A stretch of 64,000 bases of DNA from Fimbriimonadia bacterium (GTDB lineage Bacteria; Armatimonadota; Fimbriimonadia; Fimbriimonadales; JABRVX01), in assembly GCA_041483895.1 (NCBI GenBank), contig JBGPGO010000007.1:146582-210581 (forward strand), written 5' to 3'. Below the pieces are notes generated by a model. That model was not told the origin of the DNA. It saw only the letters and a program-made list of their open reading frames with translations, and ran no database searches. Made by a program: the position numbers and the translations under genes. Numbering within the stretch: the first letter of the stretch is position 1; every line of letters begins with the position of its first letter. Shown here in pieces: positions 8,925 through 18,679 of this stretch.

Positions 8925-11765
8925 ATGATCCGATCGCACGTTTTCCCTGTGACCAACCTCAGAGCGGCCCTCCTGAAGACCGCCGGCCGCATCCGCGAGA
9001 CCACCGTCCGCGAGGCATCCTACGGACTCGCTTGGCGCTGGCTTGCCATGCTCGGCGGCCTGTTCCTTCTGGACCTGATGTTCGCATTGCCGGTCTGGCT
9101 GCGATGGGCGGGGCTGCTCGGGCAGGGATGGTTCGTGTATCGTGGCGTGCAGGAGATTCGCCGGTCGGGGCATCGTGCGAAATTGGAAGATCAGCGGGCG
9201 GCCCGCGTCGTCGAGGAGAGCCATCCGGAGCTGGATAACGCGCTGATCAATGCGGTGCAATTTGAAGACAAGATCGACGCCGCTCCTGAAGCGCAGGCCC
9301 CGTTGATGCGGCGCGAAATTGAACGGGCGGAGTCGGCGATTGCCGGCGTTTCGCTCGAGGAGACGGTGTCACGGGACGGGGAGCGGCGGTCCTTCCGAAA
9401 GATGGCGGGTTTCGCGGGCGTGTGGCTGCTTGTGGCGGTTCTGTTCCCTGGGGCGTTCTTTGCCGTCATGCCGCGTCTGTTCGCGCCATGGCTGGACGAT
9501 ATCACTCCGCCGTTTTCATTGACCAAATTCGACGTGATGCCGCACGGCGCGTCGGTCCGATTCGGCGACCCGCTCACTTTGAACATCTCGGTCTCCGGCC
9601 CCATTCCGGACAACATCGTCTTGATGACCCGGACGAAGGATACCGATTGGCGCAGCGTGGCGCTTGAAAGCACCGAAGCAGGCCATTACGCGGTCACGCT
9701 CGATTCGCTGCGAGAGGACACATGGTACTGCGCGCAGGGTGGCGGCGCGCGCAGCGCCCGATGGCTGGCGAAAGTGATCCTCCCGCCTACCGCCGAATCC
9801 ATCACGGCCTCCTACGTCTATCCGCGCTACGTCAACCGCCAATCCAACACGGAAACCGTCGGGGATGCGGGAATTCACGCTCTGTTCAACACGGATGTTC
9901 GGCTGAAGATCAGCGCCAATCGCGACCTCAGCGGCGGCACGCTGACCCTGACCTTTGCGGACGGAGAGACCGAGCGCGTGGACGTGCTGGTCGATCCGAA
10001 AAGTCATCGCCAGGCGATCACAACGTTCCGCCTCACCCGCTCCGGCAAATTCACGTTGATGCTGGCCGGCGACGACAACCAGGTCAATCCGGAGGCGGCG
10101 AAGGGCAAGCTGACGGTCGAGCACGATCAGCATCCGACGGTTTGGATCGACGCGCCCGGCCAAGAGCTTCTCGTCACGCCGGAAATGAAACTCGCCATCG
10201 GCGTGGAGGCCGAGGACGATGTCGGGGTTCAGACGCTGGAAATCCATCGCACGATCAACGACCTTGCGGACACGCAGGACATCCTCCACAATGGCCCGCC
10301 GCTCAAGAAGGTCGGCAGCCGGCTGGTGATGGACCTGGCCGATCTCGGCGTTCGGCCCGGAGACCAGATCACCTACTATGCCGCCGCCTACGACAACGAT
10401 CCGGGGCGGCCGAACTACGCCGAAACCGATCCGTACAAGCTGAAGGTGGTATCGAAAGAGGAGTATATCAAGGCGCTCAAGGATCAGCAGGACGCGGAGC
10501 GACTGAGCAAAGACATGCAGGACATTGTCGAAGCGACCCAGGAACTGGCCAAGCAGCAGCGCGAGCTCGCGGAAAAGATGCAGAAAATCAAGAACGAATT
10601 GGCCAAGAAGCCCGGCGATGCAGCCTTGCAAAAGCAGCTTCAGCAGGCACAGGCGGAACAGAAGGAATTGCAACAGGCCGCGCAAGAATTCGCCGACCAG
10701 CTCAGCGCCTACGCCAAGTCGCCGAGCAACTCCGATTTGGAGGCCGCGTTGAAAAAGAAGATCGGCGAGATGTCTCAGAAGATCGGGCAGGCGGCGCAAG
10801 GGCCGATGCAGCAGGCACAGAGCGGGACCCCGGGCGAGGCCGCGGATGCCGCCAAGAAGGCCGCCGAAATGCTGAGCCAGGTGAACGGCCAGATGCAGCA
10901 GCAGGTGGCCAAGAGCATCCAGAATTTGGAAAAGGTCGCGCCGCTCTTTAATGACGTCGAGCGATTCAAAGAGCTTTTGACTCGCCAAGGACAACTCGTT
11001 CTGCAGGCGCGCCAATTCCAGGATCGCGCCGCCACCGATGCGACGGCCAAGGCGCGCATGGATCATATCGCCACGGAGCAGGAGCAGATTCGACAAGAGC
11101 TTCAACAGCTCCAACAGGATTTCCGCGCCCATGCCACCGCCGCGCAGAAAGATTTCCCCAAAGCCGCCGCGTCCGCGCGAAAGATCGCCGATGAGATCGG
11201 CCGCCGGCAGATCGCCAATCTGATGCAGGCAGGGACAGACAAGTTCCACGAATACCAAGGACCGGAAGGATTCCAAAACGCCCAGCGCGCCCTCCAGGAG
11301 ATGGAGGCGATGATGAGCAATTGCCAAGCATGTCAGAGCAATTGTGAAGGGGAGCTCGACATCGCGCTGGGCCGGAGCCTCGGCCAATCCGGCCTCGGCG
11401 ACAGCCTCTCGCAGTGCATGGGAAACAGTCCCGGCACGGGGCAAGGGGGTGGCAACGCATCCGGCCGCGGCGGGATGGGTGGCGGGTCGGTGGGGCAGAC
11501 CGGTGGCGGCTATACGATGCGCGGTCCGATGGCATATGTTCCGTCCGTTCGCAGCTTAGGCGGCGCGGCGGGCGTCAAGCGCGCAAAGAATCCAAACGGG
11601 ATGGCGCGAACGCCGGCGGAGCTTGCCCCCGACCATGTCGAGACCATGGGCTCCAATGTCAAGACGCCGCCAAAGGCATCCGACGCCGCGAATCGCGCAT
11701 ACCCGCCGGAATACCGCAAGATGATCAACGACTACTTCATCTCGGTCTCAAAGGAAAAGCGATGA
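8925..11765 (+). CDS. Membrane-anchored coiled-coil protein (DUF4175-like)
   Basis: N-terminal TMs, AEDDVGV and RPGDQITYY.A.DND motifs, a Gln-rich coiled coil, and C-terminal YPPEYRKMINDYF. Confidence 0.75.
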   Translation: MIRSHVFPVTNLRAALLKTAGRIRETTVREASYGLAWRWLAMLGGLFLLDLMFALPVWLRWAGLLGQGWFVYRGVQEIRRSGHRAKLEDQRAARVVEESHPELDNALINAVQFEDKIDAAPEAQAPLMRREIERAESAIAGVSLEETVSRDGERRSFRKMAGFAGVWLLVAVLFPGAFFAVMPRLFAPWLDDITPPFSLTKFDVMPHGASVRFGDPLTLNISVSGPIPDNIVLMTRTKDTDWRSVALESTEAGHYAVTLDSLREDTWYCAQGGGARSARWLAKVILPPTAESITASYVYPRYVNRQSNTETVGDAGIHALFNTDVRLKISANRDLSGGTLTLTFADGETERVDVLVDPKSHRQAITTFRLTRSGKFTLMLAGDDNQVNPEAAKGKLTVEHDQHPTVWIDAPGQELLVTPEMKLAIGVEAEDDVGVQTLEIHRTINDLADTQDILHNGPPLKKVGSRLVMDLADLGVRPGDQITYYAAAYDNDPGRPNYAETDPYKLKVVSKEEYIKALKDQQDAERLSKDMQDIVEATQELAKQQRELAEKMQKIKNELAKKPGDAALQKQLQQAQAEQKELQQAAQEFADQLSAYAKSPSNSDLEAALKKKIGEMSQKIGQAAQGPMQQAQSGTPGEAADAAKKAAEMLSQVNGQMQQQVAKSIQNLEKVAPLFNDVERFKELLTRQGQLVLQARQFQDRAATDATAKARMDHIATEQEQIRQELQQLQQDFRAHATAAQKDFPKAAASARKIADEIGRRQIANLMQAGTDKFHEYQGPEGFQNAQRALQEMEAMMSNCQACQSNCEGELDIALGRSLGQSGLGDSLSQCMGNSPGTGQGGGNASGRGGMGGGSVGQTGGGYTMRGPMAYVPSVRSLGGAAGVKRAKNPNGMARTPAELAPDHVETMGSNVKTPPKASDAANRAYPPEYRKMINDYFISVSKEKR

Positions 11766-12433
11766 AAAAGACTCAGCGACTTCTCGCCCTTGCCGTGTTC
11801 CTTCCCCTCCTCGTGATGGGGCATCCGGGACCGGGCGCCGTTCAGGAGGGCGACAAAGTTAAATGCGCCAACCTGACCTACGCGATGAACAAGACATCGG
11901 TCTGCTTCAGCGATCGCTTCCTGCGCCGCCTGCAGCTTGAGACCAACATCCTGACGGAGCCGCGATTTATGAAGGCCCGCCTCGGAACCAATGAGGTGTT
12001 CGATTATCCGTTTTGCATCATGACGGGCGAGGGGGGCTTTTCGCTAACGCCGAAGGAGAGGATCAACCTCAAGTATTACGTCACGCATGGCGGATTCTTG
12101 CTGGCATCCGCGGGATGCTCCGATCCCGAATGGACCAAGTCGTTTCGCGGCGAGATGGCCCGGATCTTCCCGGATCTCAAACTTAAATCGATTCCGCTCA
12201 CTCACCCGATCTATCACACCGTCTACGATATCAAATCCACCCAAACGATCCATGACCACCGCGGCGCGGTCTTGGAAGGCCTGTTTTACAACAACAAGAT
12301 CGTCGTGCTCTTTTCCCAGGACGGCCTGAACGACACTTCCCATGCGGAGAACTGCTGCTGCTGTGGCGGTGATGAGCTGGATCAGGCGGAGTATTTCAAC
12401 GTCAACATTCTCGGCTATGCGCTTCTCCACTAA
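11762..12433 (+). CDS. DUF4159 domain protein
   Basis: Signal peptide, YPFCIMTGEGGFSL..E..NLK.Y...GGFL and IPLTHPIY; typical of MoxR operons. Confidence 0.8.
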   Translation: MKKTQRLLALAVFLPLLVMGHPGPGAVQEGDKVKCANLTYAMNKTSVCFSDRFLRRLQLETNILTEPRFMKARLGTNEVFDYPFCIMTGEGGFSLTPKERINLKYYVTHGGFLLASAGCSDPEWTKSFRGEMARIFPDLKLKSIPLTHPIYHTVYDIKSTQTIHDHRGAVLEGLFYNNKIVVLFSQDGLNDTSHAENCCCCGGDELDQAEYFNVNILGYALLH

Positions 12434-13754
12434 GCTCGGAATCGCTTTGTGCTTTCCGCTATCGGCCCTTGTCACTGGTATGGTATTGGAGGGCTGCGGA
12501 TCCGGGATGCCGGAGCGGTTGACTCTGTTCGTGTCGGGAGATAGCAGAGGGTATTTAGAGCCGTGCGGCTGCCGGATCGATCAGGCCGGTGGACTGCCCG
12601 GCCGAGCAGTCGCGATCGAGAAGGCAGGGGTGGGGGAGAAGCTGGTGGTGGACGTTGGAAACCTGACATCTGGCAGCCGATCCTACGAGCTGCTCAAGAT
12701 GCGCTACCTCTTGGAAGGAATGAAGGCGATCGGATACGACGCGGTCAACCTCGGCAAGAATGAGGCGCAACTCGATCGGGTGACGCTGAGCGACATGATG
12801 TCCCATTCTGGGCTGCCGTTTTTGTCGGCGAATGTATTGGATAAGAAGGATAAGACCCCGATTGCCGACCGCTATCGGATCATCCGCCGCGGTGCGCTGC
12901 GGGTCGGCGTCACTGGAGTCACGGAATGTGAGGCGCGCGACGCCGGGCCGGGCATCGAGGTCCGGCCGCCGATTGAAGCGCTGGCCGATGTCATCCCCGA
13001 CCTGAAGGGCAAGTGCGACTTCGTCGTCGTTCTTGCATTCGTTGACGAAGAAACCATCAAACAGATCGCGGAAAAGTTTCATGAAGTGGACTGCATTCTC
13101 GGCGGCGACGTCCCGCAATCTTCGGGAACGGCCCAAACGATCAACCGCGCGATCGCGTTCAACGTCGTCGATCGCGGAAAGGTTTTGGGGCAGATCGATC
13201 TGGTGCGCAAGGGGGCCGGCTACTCGGTCGCATCATCCAAGGGGATAAGGATCGCGGCGGACAAAGTGAAGGGACCGCCCGCGATCGCCGACCTTCTCGC
13301 GCGATATAAAAATGAATTGCGCGAGCGAAGATTTGAATTGGCAAGCGCCGAAGGCATGGAGCGGATCGCCGGGCAAGAGACCACATCGGACGAGTTCGTC
13401 GGAGCGCAGGCCTGCCAGAGCTGCCACGCTTCATCTCTGCACGTCCTGCTTGCCTCCGCCCATAGTCACGCGCTCCAAACCCTGAAAGAGAAAAAGAGCG
13501 AATTCGATCCGGAATGCCTTCGCTGCCACACCGTCGGTTACGGTCTTTCCAGCGGCTACATAGACGAAAAGACGACGCCGCAACTGGCCGGAGTGCAATG
13601 CGAGAACTGCCACGGAAGAGCGAAAGAGCATATCGCAAAAGGGGTGAAAACGACGCTGAAGCCGGTGACCCCCGCAACCTGTGTAAACTGCCATGATGAG
13701 GAGAACAGCGCGAACTTCCGCTTTGCCACCTTCTGGCCGAAGATCGCGCACTGA
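12417..13754 (+). CDS. 5'-nucleotidase (UshA)-like domain fused to a tetraheme cytochrome c
   Basis: GYLEPCGC...GGL, YDAVNLGKNE and PFLSAN, plus four CxxCH motifs (CQSCH, CLRCH, CENCH, CVNCH). Confidence 0.85.
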   Translation: MRFSTKLGIALCFPLSALVTGMVLEGCGSGMPERLTLFVSGDSRGYLEPCGCRIDQAGGLPGRAVAIEKAGVGEKLVVDVGNLTSGSRSYELLKMRYLLEGMKAIGYDAVNLGKNEAQLDRVTLSDMMSHSGLPFLSANVLDKKDKTPIADRYRIIRRGALRVGVTGVTECEARDAGPGIEVRPPIEALADVIPDLKGKCDFVVVLAFVDEETIKQIAEKFHEVDCILGGDVPQSSGTAQTINRAIAFNVVDRGKVLGQIDLVRKGAGYSVASSKGIRIAADKVKGPPAIADLLARYKNELRERRFELASAEGMERIAGQETTSDEFVGAQACQSCHASSLHVLLASAHSHALQTLKEKKSEFDPECLRCHTVGYGLSSGYIDEKTTPQLAGVQCENCHGRAKEHIAKGVKTTLKPVTPATCVNCHDEENSANFRFATFWPKIAH

Positions 13755-13759
13755 TAGCC

Positions 13760-14536
13760 ATGAAAATGATACCGATTCTGTGCCTGTTCCTTGCTGCCGC
13801 CGCTACAGCCCAAGTTCACTGGGAGACTAGCTACGACCACGCCAAGCAGGTCGCCGATAAAGCCGGAAAGCCGCTCCTTGTTGACTTCGCGGCGTCCTGG
13901 TGCGGGCCATGCCGGATGATGGACGAGCAGACCTTTAGCAACGCGAGCGTGAAATCTCTTCTCGCACGAACCATCTGCCTTCGGCTCGATGTGGATCAGC
14001 GCCCGCCGCTTGCCGCAAAGTTTGGCGTCAACTCCATCCCGCGCGTGGTCTTGCTGTCCACAACAGGCGTAACGATCATGGATATTCAGGGTTTTCATGA
14101 CGCACAGTCGTTTTCGCAGGAGCTCAGTCGTGCGCTGGGAGTGAAAGCCGATGCCGCCGCACCGACTGAATCCCCCGAGGCAGTTAAGGTGCGTGAGGCG
14201 CTGCGAAATGGCACGTTCAGGCGACTGAAAGCCAGCGATCCGAAAACCGCCGCGCGCGGATTGGATCTGCTCGTGGCACAGCTTGGGGTCTTTGAGGAAG
14301 CGCAATATCGTCCGATCGCGTCGCTGATCAAGAACGCGGGCAGGGATGCCATCCCCGCGCTCATCGCCGGGATGGGGCATAAGCATCTGGCGGTCCGCGT
14401 CGGCGCTTATCGGACGCTGCAGTCAATCCTTGGCGCCAAACGTGGCCTGCCGGTTTACAACCCGTGGGCGTCTGCCAAAGTTCGGCAGCAGCAGCTCGCC
14501 GCGTGGCAAAAATGGTGGCAGAATCAGAGCGGCTAA
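13760..14536 (+). CDS. Exported thioredoxin family protein with a helical C-terminal domain
   Basis: Signal peptide, KPLLVDFAASWCGPC and cis-Pro SIP loop. Confidence 0.85.
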   Translation: MKMIPILCLFLAAAATAQVHWETSYDHAKQVADKAGKPLLVDFAASWCGPCRMMDEQTFSNASVKSLLARTICLRLDVDQRPPLAAKFGVNSIPRVVLLSTTGVTIMDIQGFHDAQSFSQELSRALGVKADAAAPTESPEAVKVREALRNGTFRRLKASDPKTAARGLDLLVAQLGVFEEAQYRPIASLIKNAGRDAIPALIAGMGHKHLAVRVGAYRTLQSILGAKRGLPVYNPWASAKVRQQQLAAWQKWWQNQSG

Positions 14537-16989
14537 TCCGCATAGCCGCCATATCGTTGACCCTGCCGCATCATGATCTTTGCGATTGCCATATCCGCCG
14601 TGCCGAACTTGGACGGCTTTGACGATTCCAGTTTCCATCCACCCGACTGCCGGAACTTCGCGAGGTACTCCTTGGGCATCTGGCCGCGCATATCGTATGG
14701 TGAGTAGTATGTTTGACTCCCCGCCATGGGCCGCCAGGACCAGTAATGCACCTCCGCCAAAGAGCGCGAATCGTTGAACAGGACAGGTCCGTCCTTTGTG
14801 AGTATCGTCATGCTGTCGTTCGCGGGGCCGCCGAACTGCAAAACGCGCATCCCGCCCAGATCGTCGACCCGCTTCATGTAGTCCTCTTCCGTTACGCAGA
14901 TGACGCGCGCCGCCGCTCCGTGAAACTCCTGCCAAGACGGCTTGTCCAGCACGACGATGATCGGATCGCGGGCTTTGTCACCACCGAAGCAGGCGGTGAA
15001 CACGGTTTGGAGAATCTCGCGTCGGTCGGCGTTCCCAGCGAGCGGTTTCCCCTCCGTCCCGTTCGGGGCAGGCGCCAGCGGGTTGGCGTCCTTTCCGTCC
15101 GGCGCTCCGTCTCCATCCGTGTCTTTCTTGCTTGGGTCCGAACCGAGGCGCTTCTCGATCCGGTCCGGCAGCCCGTCGCCGTCCGTATCTTGCCGCATCT
15201 CTTTCAGCGATAGTGTGATTGGGGTCCGCAGTCCTTTGCTGACCGACTGCTGCAGCTTGCTGGACTTGCGGTACAGTTCCGACCGCCGTTCCGCCACTAG
15301 GCCGGAATCCCGCAGCGCCGCCTGCACACGCTGCAATTCTAGCGCGTCGGTCTTGTTGGGCGGCGATAGGACTACGCTGTCTCCGTCCACCGAAATCGTG
15401 CAGCTGCCCGCCTTGGGTCCACCGCCGTAGCTTGAATAGTTGGATCCCGCGACGTACTGTTTGCCGGAGAACAGAAACTCTTGCCATTTGCCTTCCCGTT
15501 CCCGCGCGAGCCAGAGGTCCATCGCGTTCCCCAATCTGGGACAGACGACAACCACCCATCGGTTGCCGTCGGGCGAGAGATTGGAAGCGACGGGTGATAG
15601 CGTGCCGGTTGGAGCGTCTTTTTCGCCATGAAAAACCGGTAGTTCGAATTCGCCGAGCGCGATCGTGCCGTTGGAGTCTGATTTGAAGGCGGTCAGATTC
15701 CCGGTGGCAACGAGACCTTGCCGGGCGGTGGCGCGGGCCTCATCCGACGCGTCCGGGCTGGTGGCGATCTCTCCCAGCGCTTCCATTCCGGCTTTCGTGC
15801 CCTTCCTCGCGATCGCGGCGGCGCATTTGGAAAGGAGAAGCGCGGCCATGCCCTTTTGCTTGGGATTCGTTGTGTGCATTGCGCGTTTGGCGAAGTTCGC
15901 GATGGCTGCGTCCGCCGTGGGAAGGTCCATGATTTCCAGTACCCGCAAGGCAGCGTCGGCAGCCGGCGGCTTCGCAACGTCGAGAAATCCGGCAAGTGTG
16001 GGAACGGCGGCGTCTCCGAAAAGGCCGAGCGTCGAGAAGGCGTCGTTCGTCTCTTCTCGCAACGGCGGAATCTCGGTGGGAGATTCTACTTCCGCACCGG
16101 GTGATGCGCCGGAGCGGCCCGCGTAGGACGAAAACCCTTCCGCAGAAATCTCCGGGCTCCCATCGATCTTCGCCTTTAGGGCGGCGATCTTGTCGGATAT
16201 CTTCTTCGGATCGGTCAGCCGCGATAGCTTCCAGGTCCCACTCTTGTAGGCCGCCTCCCCGCCGAAATAGTCCGCGAGCCGCACCATCAGCTCCTCCAGC
16301 CCAATGCGGTCCACCACTTTGAACTGCAGCATCGCGCGGTGGGTCTGCTGGCTATAGGCGCCGGAATAGGACCGACGGGAGGCTTCTCCATACATCAATG
16401 AAAGCACGCCGCCGCCTTCCTCCTCCGGCTTGGTTTCGCGGCCAAGGAGGTTTTGGCGAAGGGTCAGCAACTGTGGATCGGCATCAATTTTGATCTGCCA
16501 GGTTGAGCTCATGGCCGTCACCATCTGGCCGGCCGTCTCCGCGAAGATTCCAAATCCGGTGATCCCGTCCGGCGGCGACTTCTCTATCGCATGCAGCTCT
16601 TTTTCCGGGCCGAAGTACAGGAGAACATATTCCTTCCCCTGTTTCCAGGCAATCGGGGATTTCTTTGCGCACGTCTCTAGAACCTGCTGGACGGACTGCG
16701 CTTGGGGCGTGTAGGCCGGCGTCCATTTAACTTCGTCGAGCGGCTTGGGCGCGAACACGACCCAGCAGCCGCCGGCCGATTGGGCCATCGCAGCCGCCAG
16801 AGACAGCGGCTCGCCCGTCCGGCCCGTGCCGACCCAGGACGAAATGTCGAACGGCCGGGACAGATCGGCGTCGTGCGAAACATTCTCTGCTGATGCATTT
16901 GTGCCCGGCTTTGCCGCATGGCGGCAGGACGGCAACGCTAGCAGCAATACTATGATCGCAACCCAAAACTGGAATCGACTTCGCGACAT
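14533..16989 (-). CDS. Hypothetical lipoprotein with HEAT-like repeats and DTDGDG Ca-binding repeats
   Basis: Lipobox-like LALPSC and DTDGDGLPD...DTDGDGAPD; 818-aa ORF. Confidence 0.65.
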   Translation of the reverse strand: MSRSRFQFWVAIIVLLLALPSCRHAAKPGTNASAENVSHDADLSRPFDISSWVGTGRTGEPLSLAAAMAQSAGGCWVVFAPKPLDEVKWTPAYTPQAQSVQQVLETCAKKSPIAWKQGKEYVLLYFGPEKELHAIEKSPPDGITGFGIFAETAGQMVTAMSSTWQIKIDADPQLLTLRQNLLGRETKPEEEGGGVLSLMYGEASRRSYSGAYSQQTHRAMLQFKVVDRIGLEELMVRLADYFGGEAAYKSGTWKLSRLTDPKKISDKIAALKAKIDGSPEISAEGFSSYAGRSGASPGAEVESPTEIPPLREETNDAFSTLGLFGDAAVPTLAGFLDVAKPPAADAALRVLEIMDLPTADAAIANFAKRAMHTTNPKQKGMAALLLSKCAAAIARKGTKAGMEALGEIATSPDASDEARATARQGLVATGNLTAFKSDSNGTIALGEFELPVFHGEKDAPTGTLSPVASNLSPDGNRWVVVVCPRLGNAMDLWLAREREGKWQEFLFSGKQYVAGSNYSSYGGGPKAGSCTISVDGDSVVLSPPNKTDALELQRVQAALRDSGLVAERRSELYRKSSKLQQSVSKGLRTPITLSLKEMRQDTDGDGLPDRIEKRLGSDPSKKDTDGDGAPDGKDANPLAPAPNGTEGKPLAGNADRREILQTVFTACFGGDKARDPIIVVLDKPSWQEFHGAAARVICVTEEDYMKRVDDLGGMRVLQFGGPANDSMTILTKDGPVLFNDSRSLAEVHYWSWRPMAGSQTYYSPYDMRGQMPKEYLAKFRQSGGWKLESSKPSKFGTADMAIAKIMMRQGQRYGGYAD

Positions 16990-17121
16990 TTCCCCACTCC
17001 TTCACCCGCCAAGAACGTAAGCTATTCTACGCTAAATGAGCCGTCTCGCTGACAACAACTTGAAGCGTGTCTGCTTTCCTCGGCTTCTAACCATGTCGCC
17101 CGACGAAATTTCAATTGCCGG

Positions 17122-17150
17122 TTGACACGCCGGATTCTTGATGCTATAAT
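17122..17150 (+). promoter_or_regulatory. Consensus sigma70 promoter of the leu operon
   Basis: TTGACA (17122-17127), 17-bp spacer, TATAAT (17145-17150), with an extended -10 TG. Confidence 0.85.
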
Positions 17151-17160
17151 GCTTCCCAAT

Positions 17161-17283
17161 ATGTTCTCTGGCGGAATCACAAGGATCGCGTTCAAGGGCC
17201 TCGACCGCATTGCGGCGGTTGAGGGCGTTTCGCTTGCGCTTATTCTTGGGCTTCCATTGGTCCTTATTCTTGGGCCAACCTAA
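17161..17283 (+). CDS. Leucine-rich leader peptide (40 aa) of the leu attenuator
   Basis: Manual translation MFSGGITRIAFKGLDRIAAVEGVSLALILGLPLVLILGPT*, with 7 Leu in a 13-codon C-terminal run. Confidence 0.75.
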   Translation: MFSGGITRIAFKGLDRIAAVEGVSLALILGLPLVLILGPT

Positions 17284-17285
17284 CG

Positions 17286-17351
17286 CCGGGAACAGCGCAC
17301 AAATTTCACAACTTTAGGCCTCCCGGAAAACCGGGGGGCCTTTCCGATTTT
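17286..17351 (+). terminator. Attenuator terminator with competing antiterminator
   Basis: Stem AGGCCTCCCGG-AAAA-CCGGGGGGCCT followed by TTCCGATTTT. CCGGGA at 17286-17291 is complementary to TCCCGG at 17321-17326 in the 5' arm. Confidence 0.75.
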
Positions 17352-17556
17352 GAGCGGCAAACGCGCCGACAGTGTCGTCGGCCTGACATCCCGCCTGCCC
17401 CGCCCGTCCCGAGCGAAGCCGAGGGAAGCGGAGCCGAGGGGATACCGGGAAACGAAAGGACGCGACATGGATAGGACTGGCGCAAGAGTGGTGATGGAGG
17501 CGACGCAATGGGCCGGCGAGCGCTGGGGCGGTCACCCATTCCGGGAGGCGCGGCGC

Positions 17557-18678
17557 ATGACCCACACGATAGCGGTTCTGCCCGGCGACGGTATCGGCCC
17601 GGAGGTGGTCGCCCAGGCCGTCTTGGCGCTCAAGGCGGTGGGCGTCCGATTTGGATTGGAGCTGCGATTTGACGAAGGGCTCGTCGGCGGGGCAGCCTTC
17701 GATGCGACGGGCCATCCTCTGCCGGACGCAACGTTGGAGCTTTGCCGCCGATCGGACGCTGTCATTCTTGGGGCGGTGGGCGGCACGAAATGGGATGGAC
17801 TCGATATGGAGCTGCGACCGGAAACTGGGGCGCTGCTACCCTTGCGCAAACAACTTGGGCTGTTCGCCAACCTGCGGCCCGCGCGGCTGTACGAACCGTT
17901 GGCATCGGCTTCGCCGCTCAAGGCGGGCCATCGGTTCGATATCCTGATCGTTCGGGAGTTGACCGGCGGAATCTATTTTGGGAAAAAGGAACGGACGGCC
18001 GGCGGCGCGATCGACGTCTGTTCCTATTCGGTGGAAGAGATCGAGCGAATCGTCCACGTTGGTTTTCGGGCGGCCCGAACGCGCGGACGAAAACTGTGTT
18101 CTGTGGACAAGGCCAACGTTTTGGAAACGTCGCGTCTCTGGCGAGAGGTCGTCGTTCGCATTTCGGCCGAGTATCCGGATGTCTCGGTGACCCACATGCT
18201 GGTCGATAACTGCGCTATGCAACTGGTGCGCGATCCGAGCCAGTTCGATGTGATCGTCACGGACAATCTTTTTGGCGACATTTTGAGCGATGAGGCGGCA
18301 GCGATGACCGGCAGCTTAGGGATGCTTCCATCGGCCTCTCTCGGCGATGGAAGATTCGGCTTGTACGAACCGGTGCATGGATCGGCACCTGATATCGCCG
18401 GGAAGGACGTCGCCAATCCTATGGCCGCAATCCTTTGCACGGGGATGCTGCTGCGTCATTCTCTCGAATCTCCCGAAGCGGCGGATGCTGTCGATAAGGC
18501 TGTGATCGCGGCGTTGCATGACGGTTGGCGAACGGCAGACATTGCCGGCGACGGTAAGTTCATCGGTACAAAGGAGATGGGTGCAAGGGTCTTGGAAAAA
18601 CTGGAATCGCGCTTCCCAATCCCTTCACAGTCGGACTGCGAAGGGATTGGGAAGTCGCACTGTAAAAGCGAGGACTGA
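17557..18678 (+). CDS. leuB: 3-isopropylmalate dehydrogenase
   Basis: [41 protein letters not shown] and [13 protein letters not shown]. Confidence 0.97.
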   Translation: MTHTIAVLPGDGIGPEVVAQAVLALKAVGVRFGLELRFDEGLVGGAAFDATGHPLPDATLELCRRSDAVILGAVGGTKWDGLDMELRPETGALLPLRKQLGLFANLRPARLYEPLASASPLKAGHRFDILIVRELTGGIYFGKKERTAGGAIDVCSYSVEEIERIVHVGFRAARTRGRKLCSVDKANVLETSRLWREVVVRISAEYPDVSVTHMLVDNCAMQLVRDPSQFDVIVTDNLFGDILSDEAAAMTGSLGMLPSASLGDGRFGLYEPVHGSAPDIAGKDVANPMAAILCTGMLLRHSLESPEAADAVDKAVIAALHDGWRTADIAGDGKFIGTKEMGARVLEKLESRFPIPSQSDCEGIGKSHCKSED

Positions 18679-18679
18679 T

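Noticed and set aside
9516..11444. 642-aa antisense ORF and other long shadow ORFs (e.g. 239-1357, 2678-3697, 6623-7720)
   Set aside because: They lie opposite or out of frame to well-supported genes, have no motifs, and are expected in high-GC DNA.
17350..17556. 69-aa N-terminal extension of LeuB
   Set aside because: It spans the attenuator end and repeat DNA; the true start is ATG 17557 with a GGGAGG RBS.
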